Part shown: positions 50,024 to 51,469 of the stretch, piece by piece
Layout of the letters: the number at the start of each line of letters is the position of its first letter
Numbering within the stretch: the stretch's first letter is position 1
Origin: a bacterium
Lineage (GTDB): Bacteria > Chloroflexota > Limnocylindria > Limnocylindrales > Limnocylindraceae
Assembly (NCBI GenBank): GCA_037128565.1
Contig: JBAXWE010000002.1
Location: forward strand, 1 to 51,469
Reading direction: 5' to 3'
Length of the DNA stretch: 51,469 nt
Notes under the pieces: generated by a model
The model's input: only the letters and a program-made list of their open reading frames with translations
Database searches by the model: none
Told to the model about the DNA's origin: nothing
Program-made: the position numbers and the translations under genes

Positions 50024-51469
50024 GTGGATCCCCTCGGGTACACTCCGAGCGTGGAACGCGATCCTCGAATCCCAACGCAGAGCGCCGCCGACCTTCGGTC
50101 TCGGTTCGTGGCGTTCTTTGAGGCGCGCGGGCACACCCAGGTGCCGAGCGCCTCGCTCGTCCCCGCTGGTGATGCCACCCTCCTCTTCACCAACTCGGGG
50201 ATGGTGCAGTTCAAGGAGCTCTTCAGCGGCGCTGAAACCCGCTCGTATCGCCGCGCCGTCGACTACCAGCGCTGCTTGCGTGTTGCCGGCAAACACAACG
50301 ATTTTGAAGAGGTCGGCCGAACGCCACGACACCACACCCTCTTTGAGATGCTCGGCTCCTGGTCGTTCGGCGACTACTTCAAGCGCGACGCGATCCTTTG
50401 GGCCTGGGAGTTCCTCACCGTTGAAGCGGGGATCCCTGCTGATCGCCTCGCTGTTACGGTCTACAGCGATGACGATGAGTCGGCCGACATCTGGCTGAAA
50501 GAGGTCGGCGTCCCTGCCGATCGACTCGCGCGCTGGGGTGACGTTGATACGGGGAACGATGCGAACTTCTGGCGCATGGCAGAGACGGGTCCGTGTGGCC
50601 CGTGCTCCGAGATTCACTTTGATCGTGGTGCTGATCTCTCTTGCGGACCAGATTGTCTCCCAGACCACTCCGAGCACTGCCCGCGCTGGCTCGAGGTGTG
50701 GAATCTCGTCTTTATGCAGTACGAGCAGCACCCCGATGGCCGACGCACCGAGCTCCCCTTCAAGAGCGTCGATACCGGCATGGGCCTGGAGCGTCTCGCT
50801 AGTGTTTCGCAGCAGGTGCTCTCCAACTACGACACCGACCTCTTCCTGCCGATCCACGCGGCGATGCGCAAGATCACCAAGCACTCCATGGCCGAGTTTG
50901 ACGCGCAGCGCTTCAGCTATCAGGTGATTGCCGATCACTCGCGCGCCGTTACCTTCCTGCTCGCCGACGGCGTGCGACCAGGGAACGAGGGGCGCGGGTA
51001 CGTCTTGCGCCGCATCATCCGCCGCGCGGTGCGTCACGCACGTCTCCTCGGCATCACCAAGCCATTCCTCGGCGCGATCGCTCACGAAGTGGTCGCGATC
51101 ATGGGGCCTTCGTATCCGTACCTGCGCGATGGAGAGACGGCAATCCTTGAAGGGATCGAGCGGGAAGAGGCGCAGTTCGCACGAACGCTCGATGCCGGTT
51201 CGAGCCTGCTTGGCGATGCGCTTGCCGAACTCGGCGCAGGGGAGAGCGTCGTTGGCCGTCGGGCCGATGATCTGCCGGCCACAAGTCCAACGCTTGGTGG
51301 CGAGATCGCCTTCAAGTTGCACGACACCTACGGCTTCCCAATCGATCTGACCGTTGAGCTCGCCGCTGAGCGCGGCGTCGCCGTTGACCGTGCCGGTTTT
51401 GAGAGTGCCCTTGCCGAACAGCGCGAACGCAGCCGTGGCGGTAAGAAGGCCGCCCTTGCGGAGATTGCC
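50024..51469 (+). CDS. alaS: Alanine--tRNA ligase (5' part; runs off the window end)
   Basis: This frame is open to the window end and is not in the ORF track. It encodes RFVAFFEARGHTQVPSASLVPAGDATLLFTNSGMVQFK, RHHTLFEMLG, FWRMAETGPCGPCSEIHFD and WNLVFMQY. The start is GTG at 50024, or alternatively GTG at 50051. Confidence 0.9.
   Translation, partial: MDPLGYTPSVERDPRIPTQSAADLRSRFVAFFEARGHTQVPSASLVPAGDATLLFTNSGMVQFKELFSGAETRSYRRAVDYQRCLRVAGKHNDFEEVGRTPRHHTLFEMLGSWSFGDYFKRDAILWAWEFLTVEAGIPADRLAVTVYSDDDESADIWLKEVGVPADRLARWGDVDTGNDANFWRMAETGPCGPCSEIHFDRGADLSCGPDCLPDHSEHCPRWLEVWNLVFMQYEQHPDGRRTELPFKSVDTGMGLERLASVSQQVLSNYDTDLFLPIHAAMRKITKHSMAEFDAQRFSYQVIADHSRAVTFLLADGVRPGNEGRGYVLRRIIRRAVRHARLLGITKPFLGAIAHEVVAIMGPSYPYLRDGETAILEGIEREEAQFARTLDAGSSLLGDALAELGAGESVVGRRADDLPATSPTLGGEIAFKLHDTYGFPIDLTVELAAERGVAVDRAGFESALAEQRERSRGGKKAALAEIA

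Noticed and set aside
49898-51322. A 474-aa ORF antisense to alaS.
   Set aside because: Same explanation: it is in codon-on-codon register with alaS (51320-50024 is divisible by 3) and its composition is low in information. It is an expected artefact of high GC3.
49751-51469. Stop-codon read-through fusing the 89-aa membrane ORF to AlaRS.
   Set aside because: Being in frame is a one-in-three coincidence. A TAA stop with no read-through context or structure that I could see argues against it, and a membrane-anchored AlaRS has no precedent that I know of.

Overview
This is a GC-rich, very gene-dense stretch of bacterial chromosome. With my start-codon choices only about 1.1 kb of 51.5 kb is non-coding. 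I call 44 protein genes and one tRNA, almost all recognisable core functions.

Layout, left to right:
- crcB, then a DUF4446-like gene, a UvrD/Cas4-type helicase-nuclease and a 4-TM protein, all translationally coupled.
- Agmatinase, a SAM methyltransferase, murI, mtnN, a CapA-like lipoprotein and an FtsB/DivIC-like protein.
- A nucleoside uptake and catabolism block: three ALDH-family genes, long-type deoC, add, a nupNOPQ-like BMP ABC transporter and two tandem nucleoside hydrolases.
- A low-molecular-weight protein tyrosine phosphatase (LMW-PTP) and a tRNA with anticodon CAT.
- A 19.6-kb same-strand string: ftsH, M20 peptidase, tyrA, a Nudix-like gene, comM, dprA, topA, xerC, murJ, murE, rel, hisS, aspS.
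- typA, a cysteine desulfurase, mnmA, a small membrane ORF, and alaS (cut off at the 3' end of the window).

I saw no CRISPR array, transposase, prophage, toxin-antitoxin pair, obvious defence island or transcription-factor gene, so I cannot support a clearly novel multi-gene system here.

The most interesting signals are:
1. A recurring TANNNT box exactly 6-7 nt upstream of start codons that lack a Shine-Dalgarno (SD) sequence. This suggests leaderless transcripts, including two divergent gene pairs whose -10 boxes physically overlap.
2. An ALDH paralog that keeps the NAD-binding half and the C-terminal tail but has no catalytic domain.
3. The membrane-flanked, partner-less helicase-nuclease with a four-cysteine motif.
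4. A perfect 12-bp UUCG hairpin inside the nucleoside transporter operon.

Lineage cannot be assigned from sequence alone. Synteny looks Terrabacteria-like, with both Bacillota-like and Actinomycetota-like blocks. All functional calls rest on motifs I recognised by eye in the supplied translations; no database search was run.
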